From: Chlorokybus atmophyticus
Taxonomy: Eukaryota > Plantae > Mesostigma and Chlorokybus algae
DNA: 64,000 nt
Assembly: GCA_009103225.1 (NCBI GenBank)
Contig: RHPI01003511.1
Span: forward strand, 53,087-117,086
Direction: 5' to 3'
A program made the translations under genes and the position numbers. Shown one piece after another: positions 1-14,977 of this stretch; position 1 is the first letter of the stretch; each line of letters opens with the position of its first letter. The notes beneath the pieces were generated by a model. That model was not told the origin of the DNA. It made no database searches and saw only the letters and a list, made by a program, of their open reading frames with translations.

Positions 1-2824
1 AAGATTGAGCGACGGCATCAATGACGCATTTTAAACGTTCAGCAAGGATGGGATCGCAGATATACAAAGCATGCACAAGGATGTTAGATAATTTGAGCAA
101 CTACTTGCAGAGATATGTGTAGCAACGAGAGCACTTATTCAGGACTAACCAAAGCGTAGATAGGCTGCATCGGTTGCAAATTAGACACGACATTAAGGAG
201 ATACCATGTGTTCCATGGTTAAACAGGTAAGGTAAGTGAAGGAATGAAGCTTGGCTGCATTATGGTCACAAATCCTACAAGCACATCTCTTGTGTGTTTT
301 AGCATGCAAACCACTAAAAATAGGTCGCTGATGTTTTGCATAGGTGGTGGCTTAGCAGGCAGGGCCGTGTCAGTCTGATTGCGCGTGGCCGTAGGACCTC
401 GAACCTTGAAAGTGGACACAGATCCAATGACGGTATGAAGCGGACAATGGAGCGCAAGCACGCAATGCACAATAGGCCAGGGCGTGCGGCGACAACATCA
501 ATAGAGGTGTGGGTAATGTAGTCGTATGTGGTACGGGAGGGTGTGCGAGCGTGTAGTGGCAATTGTTTCATGTTAGTTCAATGTGGTGGGTAATAGCAAT
601 GGATAGACACAGCAGCGCATGTGTGTGCATTTGTAGATAGCAGGCATATAATCTCTCTATCCTCGCAAGGGTCGAGCGCTCATTAGCAACAGCCATCCCA
701 TGGACCCACACCATAGTTGCACCATACGGCTTCAAACCCCATTGCATACGCGTATATACGTGCATTACATAACCCATAATACATACTTATTACATGCGCG
801 TTTTTTAAGGCCTGTTGCTGTTGCAGGACAATGCCCTTGCCCCGAGTTCCATGCTGTTCTGCACCGCGCGTCACTAGACTGTGAATTAAAGGTGGCGCAC
901 GGTGCGCACTAGCCCTAAACTCGGGGCAGGGGCATTATTATGGCGGTGGGGTAATACGAAAAGGGTGGATTACCAATGGTTGTATAACATTGTGTGCACG
1001 TATTACTGCCGTATACAAGGACGGCCTGTAATGCATACACGTATATACTCGTATACGTGCACTGCGCTTACGATGCATGCCCGTATGGCATATGGTGCAA
1101 TTATGACCCACACATCACCATCGCAGTGCATAAATGCAAACTACAGGTGTTGTAGGTGGTGTTAAGAGTGTCAGCAATAGACCCTTGCCCAATGCTGACT
1201 TCTGCCGTATGGTTGTGGAGACCCTCAAGAGAGGATGCAATAACGAAGCAACATGATAATCAATAGCAAAAGAAGCCAATATACTAAGTTTCTGCCTCAA
1301 TGCGGATGGGCAACTACAGGCATGTGCTACTTAACCATGTTTTGGAGGCTAGGATTTGGGAACATGGCAGATTTTAAAAAGTTAAAAAAGCCAGGACCCA
1401 TAAACACAAGCAATCTCGTTGGGTTCGATACTATCTCTATAATATGCATGCATTGCTGCAAAAGCTTTGGTGACATGGCGCTTGTTCAACATGTACGGAG
1501 TACAAGCTTGCATGGTGTGTTTTGCGTACAATCTCAGTCACTTGTACTCTGGTTGCAAATCGTTGCTGTAACAAGAAGCAAGTGAGCTAGCACCATTAAA
1601 TTGGTAAGCGTAGTGTAGTTTCACATCAAGCATACATCCACTTAGTGTTAGGAATGGTCCCACTCCTTTGTTAGTTGAAGCTGAGGAGTAGTGCTGCATG
1701 ATCGTCACGGCTGCATGCAAATATATCAGCCAAGCGACCGATGTGTAGCGTAGTGCACGGTAATAGCATGATGTGCATGGGTTAAAGAAAGCCAAATGGA
1801 GCAAGGAAGACCAAAGCGCACCAAGGAGTGAGAGCTTGTGATGGTCGGCATTGGTCAGAGTGGGCCCCTTCAAGGCGTTCACAAGGTGGCAAGATGGTGA
1901 GTCACCACCTTATCACCTGATGAACATAGACATGGAGGTGATTGTGGTTTGCAGGCAGCGAGAGGATCTCTTGTCTTTTAATCATATAAAATTGAACGAA
2001 GAAACGTTATAAAGAAAAGAGTGTAAACTACCTATACATTGAGCTTGCAGAAGTGCTTGCGTAAATTAAACGCTGCATATTGCGATGACATTGCATCCTG
2101 CAAACTCCATCCATTGCTGCGTGTTTACCTTTAAATCTTGTAACTATGAATTGTTTTAACAACTTTCATACAGGTTCGATTGCTATTTGCGCTATTATGC
2201 TACACTTGAAGGCAGTAGTTACAATAGTTATAACGGCTAGTGTAGGTAGACCCCGGTGGTGAGTACTCATTGCATGATCATGAGCTTGGTGAACAAGGCA
2301 TGTGTCATGCATGTTGCATGTATCATGATCACTTGCATTTTTGATACACATCCACAACACGCGCACACCACTGTGACACACCTCGCCATGCCCGCAACAC
2401 TTCTTGCCGCGTCAGTTGGGGCTCAATCCCCAACCTTCCACTTGAAACGCAGCAGTCACTGCCGCACTAGTAGGGGCAACAACGAATTCTGACAACGCAC
2501 AATAGGAGAAGGTGCGGTTGTGCGGCACCAGCACCATGGATGTGGCGTGGGCAGCAAGTGGTGTCTGAGGGTGTGGGCAACAGTGTAACATGATCGGTGT
2601 AAGTATAAAGAATGCAATGCCATGATGGAGACAGTTTGTGCAACGTGGTTTGGGTACGTAGCGCGCGACTAGCAGTCATCTAATTCATCCAGGCTTAAGT
2701 GAACACCACCAACAACTAGCGCATGGACTAAGACACCATTGCATCAAATAGTGCAACCACAGCTGCTTGACAGCCGGGTAGAAATTGCCCACACAAAGGT
2801 ACCATTCAACTGTACAGTGCCTGC

Positions 2825-5800
2825 TTACAAAACTGTATTCACATGCAACGCCTTGAGCAACGCCAACGCCATCTGCTTGACCATGACCATCTCACCCTCA
2901 CGCTGCACAAGGCTGCGCAGGTTGGCGGCCAGATTCTGCTCAACCATCAGCTGCTTGGGTCGGGGGTGCTGCTCATAAACAACCTTGCATATCTTGAGCA
3001 ATGACACACGCGCAATGTTGTCACCGTCGCGAGCTGATTGCCTCAACTTCTCCACCAGCAACGGAGCCAGTCCACCAGTTGTGGACAGCGCCACATTGAT
3101 GCGCGTTGATTTGGTCACAATCTTCAAGAACGGGTCCAATATATGCACAAAGGCAGTGCCTTCTGCGGACCCAAACACAGCAACAAGCCGCGCAACAGCA
3201 TCCGGTTGCGCAAGGCGGGGTTCAACACGTCGCTGGTCGGCTGCCAGCCACACAGCCATGGCGTCCATTGCCACAACCTGCCAGTGTTCTTCCTGCAGCA
3301 GGTCCAGGAACAGGTCCAGTCCTCCATGCACCCAGAGTTCCGAACGTGTTGCGGGAGAGGCGTGTGCCATGTCGCACAAGAGGGGGAGAGCCAACCGTCG
3401 CATAGCTGCTTGACTGCCACCCACACCCACGCCAGCAACGATGGGCCGCAGGTGGCGGACGAGGCCTGCGGCTGCAGCAGCTTCTTGCCGCTCCCGGCTA
3501 ATCTTGCAAAGGTTGTAGACGGCGCGCAAAGCAGCCCCGCGAACTGTTGCCGTGGCCACCCCGGCGTGCATCTCCAGCAACGGAACAAGCCGGTGCATGG
3601 CCCCAGCTTCCTGAACAGCTTCAACAGCGGCCGGGTCTGTTGTAAGCTGCGCAATGCACCCAACCACACGCACGAGCACCGGTAACTCCAACGCCGGCAA
3701 CAGTGAAAACAGTCGCCCTAGCAGTGCCGGCTCGCATACTGCTCGCTTGACCGCAGAGTCCCCACCCGCAAATGCAGTCAGAAGCATAGCACACCGCCTT
3801 GCAACATCTGCCGCCGCGGCAGCGCTGGCTGCAGCAGCAGATGTGGCGCTGCCACTGCTGCGCGCGCGGTAGTGGCTGCCATACTGTCCTGCACCACCAG
3901 GGCTGCTGACCCCATTCCTACTCGACCCCGGACTTGCAGTGTAGTAGGATGATGCTGGTGCAACAGGTGGATGGAGCCGCTCGTCATTGGCAGCTTCAAG
4001 GATGCCAATGAGGCTGCTGAGGGCACCCGCGCGAGCAAGAAGGCGTAAATGGTCATTGACTGGTGTTGGGCCTGTGAGCCGCAGCACCCTCTCCAGCACG
4101 CCAACCGCCAGTGCAACAGCTTCACGGTGCTCCCGATAATCAACATTTAGCAGAACTGCCAGTGCTCGCAGGCCCCCACAAGCTATGACTACCTGCAAAG
4201 CACCGGCAGATGCACAGGTACACCTCGCCAGGAAGCGGGCAGCTTGCAGCCGGCATGCACTGCCGCTGCTAGTGTCCGATGTTCGTGCAAGCACTGCTGG
4301 CACCAAGCCACTCATGCACGCACGCTCCGGCAGTGGCGCCCCTTCCTCACCCAGCGCTGCATTGATTAACTGCAGTGCCGCAGTTGCCATTGCTTGCGAT
4401 GATGCTGGGTCCAGCAGTTCTGCAAGCACAACGGGCACCTGCGACTCCAGCAGTCGTGCCCTCAACCGAGGGTCCCTCTGCACCATGGCGCTGAGGGCTG
4501 CAAGCACAGCAGTACACTAGAGTTGGGTTCTGTTTTCGCTCAGCAGCATAAAAAGAAAGAGTTTGTATGCGCGCTACATACCAGAACATGCGGCTTGGAC
4601 CGCTGCCTCTTTGGTTAATTTGCCATTGCGCACGCTGAGCTTGCCCATCAACCTGCCTACATCCTGCAATGATTCTGCGAGGGTGTCCTCTCCATCCCCT
4701 TCATCCCGTGCTCTCGCCCATTCCTGCTCCACACCATTGTTGACATCAACACTCGAACAACAACATGTAAAAGAGAGCGACTGAAGCGCATGCAAGACAC
4801 ACCTGTTCACCATCCGTGAACTCTCCAACAACTTCCGTGCCCGGGAGCGATTGTGTGGTGGTTGTGGTGGAACTCTTCGCCAGCTCGCGCTCATCTGCAG
4901 CCGACAACTCCGTGCCTGGGCTGGAACGTTCCACACCCTTGCTAGCGCCATCTGGTGCACACGCGAGGTCGGCAATCAGCGTCTCCAATGTGCGGTTGGT
5001 AGCAGCTGCCTCAGCGAATGTGTCATCGCTGCGGCTGTGTGCACCCGCCACACTGGAGCCTGCATCGCTGCGGTCGTCGACTGTCGTTTCGCCATAATCA
5101 TGCCGCGTTAGATGCATGGACACCTGAGTGTGCGGCGCATAGGCAATCAGCACAAACAGTGACATGTTGAGTTGAAAGCCCAACTGGTGCAACACCGGCA
5201 ACCAGTGTAGTGAGATGAACTGCAACTCCTTTCATCAAAAGCAACCAAGAAGCCTTACTTGGCCAGATCGTGTACGCGGCATGAGTGGTGATGGTGAAGG
5301 TGGCTGGCTTCTAGCTGAAAGTCGTCCCATCCTGCCCTCACTGCCACCTCGTTCATGATATATGTAAGGTGACAACGGGCCCACGCCATCATCCAACTGC
5401 ACCACAAGTAGCAAAAGATACAGATTGAGGCAACAACAGTCTGGTTGGCTCGAGATTGTATACCATGCAGTACTCACAGGTGACGGTGGGCGTAGCGGGC
5501 GTGTTCCGGATGAGCGATTAAGAGTGCGTGAGTGAGTGGGTGGTTGTGCTCGTGCTCCTCGTTTGACCTCAACTATTCGAAACTCCCCGAGGGCGACGGG
5601 TGAGGGAGAGAGTGCACCTGGGCTGGGAAGAGGGCTGCCGCCTGTGTGATAAGGGGACGGCGAGGCAGAACGCGGTGGCAGTGTGGCAGACGTGGGCACC
5701 TCCTCCATAGCACGGTCCACAACATTGGCAACATCGGCGCTGAGAACCGCAGCAGCATGGCCTCGAGCAAGTGCACGAAGGTGGCCTTGCACCCACGGAT

Positions 5801-6605
5801 GCGCGAGCAACTCGGAAGCGGCAGGTCGGGCACGTGCGTCTTTGCGTAGACACTTCTCCAGGAAATCACGTAGTGAAGGTGAAACTGACTTGGGTGGTGC
5901 CGATGGAGCGAGTGCAGGCGGTGCGCCTCGCGTGCTTTTTCCTGTCAACAGCTCCAGCACCGCCAATCCAAGAGCGCGCACGTCCTCGCGTGCTGAAGCA
6001 GGAGCAGCAGTTGTGTCATTGGCAGCATGAAGAACACCAGCCAGGCCCCAGTCCGCAAGCTTCACAAGGCCGTCCTTAGTGGTGAGCAGGTTGGTAGCGC
6101 GCAGGGCGCCGTGTGCAACACCCTGAGCATGCAAGTACGCCAAACCCTCAAGTGCCTGAGAGACGTAGGCGGCGGTAAGGGACTCTGGAAGAGGTCCAAA
6201 GCGGCCTCCTGTGGCAGTGATGGCAGCGAGGGAGCCGTTGTCACAAAGTTCAGCAGCGACATAAATGTGCGAGCGTGTCCGGGCAAAGCCGAGGTAGCGA
6301 GCAACGTTGCGGTGGTTGAGAGCACGCAGGGCCTCGACCTCCAGCTGGACAGCTATGGCCGCCGCCTCCCCGCCGCCGCTGGGCAGAGCGGGGAGATCAA
6401 TCTGGCGAAGGGCCGCATGTTCCCTAGCCACGACATCCCAGCACTTGAACACCCGACCTACGACACCCCCACCGCTCCCGGACGGCGACGCTGACGACGA
6501 TCCGCCTGCGCCACCTCCGCCGCCGCCGCCGCCTGCTGCAGCCCCAGCATAGGCCGGTAATGGCTCAGCAGCCTGCCAGCGCTCCCCCACGGCGGACCCG
6601 ACCAT
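2825..6605 (-). CDS. MAP3K-epsilon (Cdc15/Cdc7-like) homolog: degenerate N-terminal kinase domain plus C-terminal ARM region; about 5 exons; probable pseudokinase
   Basis: Exon 1 (6605-5478) carries a kinase fold (GRVFKC, LNHRNVARYLG, ELCDNGSL, GLAYLHAQGVAH, VKLADWG, DFLEKCLRKDARARP, HPWV). The last exon ends VMVKQMALALLKALHVNTVL*, matching the recalled plant MAP3K-epsilon C-terminus. Approximate internal exons 5396-5259, ~5120-4803 and ~4723-4570 have GT/AG boundaries. Confidence 0.85.
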
Positions 6606-6744
6606 GCTGGCCTCCTCCTCCCGCCCAACCCGTCACCTCAACTCCCCTCCCCCGTCCTCCCCCTCCTCCGGCACCGCCATCGCCGACGGCAAGGATGCCA
6701 AGGATGCCGCCAACGCCAAGGACCACATTCTTGTGCAGAGTTGC

Positions 6745-6753
6745 AAACCCTAA
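6745..6753 (+). promoter_or_regulatory. Telo-box (AAACCCTAA) in the 196-bp divergent spacer
   Basis: Exact AAACCCTAA at 6745-6753; function inferred from plant telo-box knowledge. Confidence 0.4.
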
Positions 6754-6801
6754 TTGCGCTCAGCTGCTGCCACGTGGCAGTTGTTAGCGGCGGCGGTCAT
6801 C

Positions 6802-8250
6802 ATGGGCGGCTTAGCGGGGGCGGGGGCGGCCGTGTCGCTGTTGGGGTCGGTTGGGGCGCCACAGATGGTGAGGAAGCTGCGGCAGCAGCGTGCTCCAGCT
6901 GCCGCATCCAGGCTGACGCCGGCGGCGGGGTCAGCGTCGGCGTCGTCCTCCGCAGAGCCTGCCTCCGGGCCCGGGGTGTTGTTCGTGTGCTGGGGTAACA
7001 TCTGCCGGTCGCCTGCGGCGGAGGCGGTGTTCCTGGCGAAGGCGCGGGATGCTGGCTTGAAGGTGGGCGAGGGCAATGGGGCCCTGCGTGTGGACTCTTG
7101 CGGCACTGGCGGAGGCGACCGCGACTGGTACATGCCCAATGGCTACTCTTACCACGTTGGCGATCCCGCCGATGCTCGCATGATCAAGGTGCATGACCGC
7201 TGCTTGATGCACGCGTCCACCTCTCTGGTGTGCATGCATGATCAGTGCGAGACTGTTGAGTGTGTTGTTGCAGTTTGTTTTTATTCATGGTATGCTGAAT
7301 CTCTGTGAAGACCGCATTGCAGCTTTTTGCTATGCAGCATGACCGTGCTCGCTCGCGCCATCAGCTCCTCATTACAATTAAATGTGTAGGAAGGCACTGC
7401 CACTCCAGGGCGTAGGATGCCACCGTTGGGCAATGTTAGTCAAGCCACAAGATCCTTGGATGAACCATGTTGTCTGCAACCATTTGGTGTATGAGTAGTT
7501 GCTCAACACCGATGTCACTACACGGTGTCACTACACAGTGCAGGTGGTAGGCTCCATGGAAACTGCAGTGAGTTGTTGTTCAAGGCATGCCATCATATTC
7601 GCGCGTCCAGGATAGATGCATTGCGGAGTTTCAACACCTGCAGTTTATGTTACCTCTCTTGTTGTAGATTTGTTTTTGGGCTATTGATCATCGTACATGA
7701 CACTGACTCCCGTTAATGCAGGCAGCAGCACAACGTGACGTTGATGTATTGTCTCTCTCTCGACCACTGACGCCGGCAGACCTCTCAACATTTGACTACA
7801 TCATCGCCATGGATGCGAAAAACAAGGGTGAGTAGCCTGCTGTTAGATCTAGTTTTATATGAATCTGCTTCACTCAACACCTTTGCGGCTCACAACTTGC
7901 CTGTGGTCTCAGAGGCGATCTTAGAAGCAGCGCAGTATTGGAAAGGGCAGGGTAATCCTGTGCCTTCAGACTATGCCAGCCGTGTGCGGATGATGGTCGA
8001 CTACTGCCGAAACCACCCCAATGCAACACACGTCCCTGATCCTTACTTTGGTGGTCCTGATGGCTTTGAGAAGGTATGCAATAGGCCGATGTGGAATGGA
8101 GGTTGAGGATGTTGCAATAGTATAGTCTGCACGATGCTTGAAGCAGGTCTCTCAATACTCACCCAATCTCCATCACAGGTGTTGGATCTGCTTGATGACG
8201 CGTGCGGAGGGCTTCTTGATGAGGTGCTTGCTGCTTCACCAAGGTTATAG
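6802..8250 (+). CDS. Low-molecular-weight protein tyrosine phosphatase (LMW-PTP), 4 exons, Ala/Ser/Arg-rich N-terminal extension
   Basis: P-loop VLFVCWGNICRSPAAE and DSCGT in exon 6802-7188. SRPL..DL..FDYIIAMD in exon 7721-7827. VPDPYFGGPDGFEK in exon 7912-8073. VLDLLDDACGGLL...* in exon 8179-8250. Confidence 0.92.
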
Positions 8251-8814
8251 CAGTGCTGCAATAGAGCATTCGTGTTGGCTTGCGTACGTCACATTGGCAC
8301 ATTGGCTCGTGTGCAGTCTTTGCACATTGGATTGTTGCGCGTGCAAGTACACAGTGGCCTATGCTGTGTTGTATTATGGTTCGTCTAGCTAGCTTGGGTT
8401 GTACAAACATTGCGGAATAGATTATGGTGTGAGTGTAGCAGGTATGGCTCGTTCCATCGATATTGTTGAATTGAAGTGTATAGGGTATGTGAAGTGCTGT
8501 GTGAGACACACGCATACATATGCCACATGCACACCAACACTCACATGCACACTACCAGTTCAGTTTATCAAGTTGTACACCATCACTACCGGGCTAACCA
8601 ATATCACTATGACACTACCGCCCGTCCCCGTTAGCCATGCATGCATGTTGACATGGTGTTACCTGCCCACAGGGCCGTTGTGACTGCTATATGGTAATGT
8701 GGGACACTACGTGGCGATGTGCATTGACAACTACTTAAGCCGTGACTTTGCACACACAAGAACAAACCACATGAATGCAATGCTTGTTCCCAATACCATA
8801 TTTACCCGTCCCCC

Positions 8815-9192
8815 NNNNNNNNNNNNNNNNNNNNNNNNNNNNNNNNNNNNNNNNNNNNNNNNNNNNNNNNNNNNNNNNNNNNNNNNNNNNNNNNNNNNNN
8901 NNNNNNNNNNNNNNNNNNNNNNNNNNNNNNNNNNNNNNNNNNNNNNNNNNNNNNNNNNNNNNNNNNNNNNNNNNNNNNNNNNNNNNNNNNNNNNNNNNNN
9001 NNNNNNNNNNNNNNNNNNNNNNNNNNNNNNNNNNNNNNNNNNNNNNNNNNNNNNNNNNNNNNNNNNNNNNNNNNNNNNNNNNNNNNNNNNNNNNNNNNNN
9101 NNNNNNNNNNNNNNNNNNNNNNNNNNNNNNNNNNNNNNNNNNNNNNNNNNNNNNNNNNNNNNNNNNNNNNNNNNNNNNNNNNNNNNNNNNNN
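8815..9192. other. Assembly gap
   Basis: Run of N. Confidence 1.
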
Positions 9193-9388
9193 GGGCTCTT
9201 CTTAACACAGGCCCCTCACGCCCTTTGTATCAAGGAGGCTTATGTTCGGGAGAGGCTTGTAATGGGGTAAGGGGGCTTCTATTCGGATGAAACAAGCTTT
9301 GTCAACGCAACCCGCGTCCAATAGGTGTATCTGCCCGGGCAAATGGCCCCACGTGACGCATGCCAGTGGGGTCTTGCAAATGGTTAGA

Positions 9389-9428
9389 GGGGGGTGAGGG
9401 TGGGGGTGGGGGTGGGGGTGGGGGTGGG
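9389..9428 (+). repeat. (GGGGGT)n G-rich tract
   Basis: Tandem GGGGGT units visible; G-quadruplex-capable. Confidence 0.85.
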
Positions 9429-10615
9429 AATACCATATGGGTAGTTATGATGGTCGCCTTAACCGTGAACCGCATGCTTATGTAAGTGCACGCATGAGTA
9501 TTACTACGCGCGAGCAACGAAATGGCTGTACATTAACACTTCATGATTGCAATGACACTCAACACCTACCAATCAGCATAGATGGTATATATTAGGTGAT
9601 GTGGTTATTTGAAGAGAAGAAAGGTACAACCGACTCTGCATAATATGGCCAAAGTGAACAGGTGTAATACTACGCCAGCATGTGTGATTAGCCTCAAGAA
9701 TAGTACGCAACATGAGACACGGAGAATAGGGACAGACTTAAGAGGCCCGAAGATAAATGGTGACATCATGCATGCAAAGCTCGTGCCTTTTGAAAATGAT
9801 CAAACACACGTAAGTAAAGTACAAGACCAGTATGTAGTACCAATAATTAATTATAACGTAGGGCCGTAGTGCAAGTGCAATGAAGCACAACACGTGTACA
9901 GTCTAGCACACAAAGCTCAGCAACGCTCACATCAGCATCATTTACGTGTGTTAAATTGTTTGCTACATTCTTTGGTTTGTGCGCTCATTTGTATTTTTGG
10001 CCCAATAGCAAAAATGAAACTTGTTTTGAAAGTTGTTTTTGTTGTTGACATCAATCGGCATGGCGGGCATCGAAAGTGCAGTAGATATATCAAGGCTTGA
10101 GTCATTCTCTCAGATACTACTGGCTTGATTACATATAGATTGCTAGGTTTGTAGCAATTGGCACTTGGGGTGCGCCATGTTTCATGTCCTGGGTTACGCA
10201 GTGTCGTAATCGGGTGCATGTATGCAAATGGTGCTGTACCTCTTTCGACGTCACGTGAGCGACTTGACTGACGTGCCTTCCCGGCGTGGAGCGGAGTTTT
10301 ATTTTCGGCCACGCAATCTCCGAGCGGCGGCGGCGACGGCGGCAGCAGCAGTGTCGTCTTTGTGGCGGACCTTGACAGCGTGGCCCGCCCAGTCACTGAC
10401 GTTGGCTAATTCAGAAGGTGTCAGCAGCTGCTGGATTGGCGCGTGCTCTAGCTGAAAAGGACAAGGCCTGGGTTGAGGCAGAGGTAGAGGTGGGGAGTGG
10501 TGATTGTCACCCAGCAGGGTGGACCAAGCTTGGCTGGAGGCTTGTATAAAACCCGGGTGGATTAACCACGACACACACTCGCGTGCCTGCAACAGTCCGA
10601 TAACATAAGCTAGAA

Positions 10616-13382
<2,767 letters not shown>

Positions 13383-14977
13383 CACAACACCATAGCAATG
13401 ACTCAAATATCAGCCAGGTGTAGTTAGTTACAATTTATCATTGTATTGTTTGTAACATCTTCTGTCAGATCATGCACATGCGCAGTGCAGTTTGATGTTG
13501 CGTGCCGGCTATGCGACTACTCTTACACGCACATATGCATTGGCAACGAGGCATACACACGCATGGTATACTCACGTATGTAAAGTCTTGATGGCTGATC
13601 GTTGCAAGTGCCAGTACATTGCGTGTGCTCACTCGTTGCAACAAGCAACGACATTACCACAGACTGACTTAATCAACCTCACCAAGCATGACAGCAACAA
13701 TCAAGCCCATGCTGTATGATGACCAATGTCTCGAGGCAGACATGGCAAGCGTATGGTGCTTTAGCTTCACAACTGTGCGTATCATGATGCATGAATGCAA
13801 ACAATAGCCCCCTCCTCCGCCATCAAGTTTGCAGCCTCGCCCGCCTCACGTCGCAACATGCGCAGCCCCTCACAATCATCATCACCTGAACTGCTCTTTT
13901 GGCGGGTGGGGAATGGGGTATGGAAGTGTGCGCTGAGCTACTATCTGTGCGTGCTGCAGGTATGAAGCAGCTTATGCTCTAGCATCAATTGATAGCCTGC
14001 ACACTTGAAGACATGCGCACATTGCGGGCATGGCTTGTTTGTTGACGGGTGCACGCGTCTCGACCCTATTGATAATAAGCACATCTTGAATTCCTTGGCG
14101 TACCGCGAGTGTTGATTAGAGAAAACATGGCAACTCATCAGTAATGGAGAAGCCGTGACATTTGTCGGACCTCCATCAGACGCCGCCATTCGTCTCTGTA
14201 TGTTGTCCTCAAGGGCTAATGCGCTAACACGCACTGATGCACCGACGCAGAGTCTGCCAACACGCACTCATGCAGAGCAGTAATTACCAACACATGCGCG
14301 TGCAATCACGCACGAGCCTCATCAGTCAAATGCACCAGTGCCTCCACCCAATAAACACACCTAGACGATGTGGCCCTCCACCCCACCCCCACGCTACAAG
14401 TATCGTGTACACTACCACTGCTAACAGCAACGGCTCCGCTGCTGTTGCCGCTGATGACGACAATGACGATGACCATGTCGCCGCCCACGCCAGCAACATC
14501 ATAGCGCTACTAAGGTGCTGCTTGTGTGCATACGTTTCTGTGCATGAGTACTACTGGACATCCCACAGACTAGCCACATCTATACATAAGGGAGTTAACT
14601 AGTGCTGTCGGCTGACATACCACATGCTATGATATTTGACAATGGCATAGCATAGAAGACCAACTAGCCAGATAGACTGCCACATAGTGCAAAGACAGCA
14701 GCTTGACAACCGTAGTTTGCCAGTTGTAGTTAGCCACGCAAGTCAGTCAATCAGCCGCTGTACTGCTTGTAACATCCTTCCCAGCAGTTCAACTGTGCAA
14801 TTTGGAGCGACGCAGTGATGGACAACGTAAATATATTAATATAACCCAGCATAAACCCAGAGAAGCTCCACAAACATATACCCTACTATAGTAGACCATG
14901 TACACATGATGGAAAAACTAGGGAGAAAAGCACACTTCCAGGGCAGCAAGCAACTACCTAAACCTGATGTGATCACA

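Noticed and set aside
1-2800. Short ORFs, including a CSTC motif near 1490 and an AAAATTGA near 1987
   Set aside because: Stops in all frames and no recognisable domain; the single motifs are expected by chance in AT-rich DNA.
2985-6552. Numerous antisense and alternative-frame ORFs overlapping GC-rich exons (also over PGAP1, DHS, the kinases)
   Set aside because: Shadow ORFs of real coding sequence.
8699-9290. Long ORFs of X residues (also at 19851-20397, 33227-33925, 58059-58383)
   Set aside because: Artefacts of N gaps.
13790-14600. Possible extra exons (e.g. LEDNIQRRMAASDGG on the minus strand) between PF16 and OEP40
   Set aside because: Could not be linked in frame to either gene and has no family motif.
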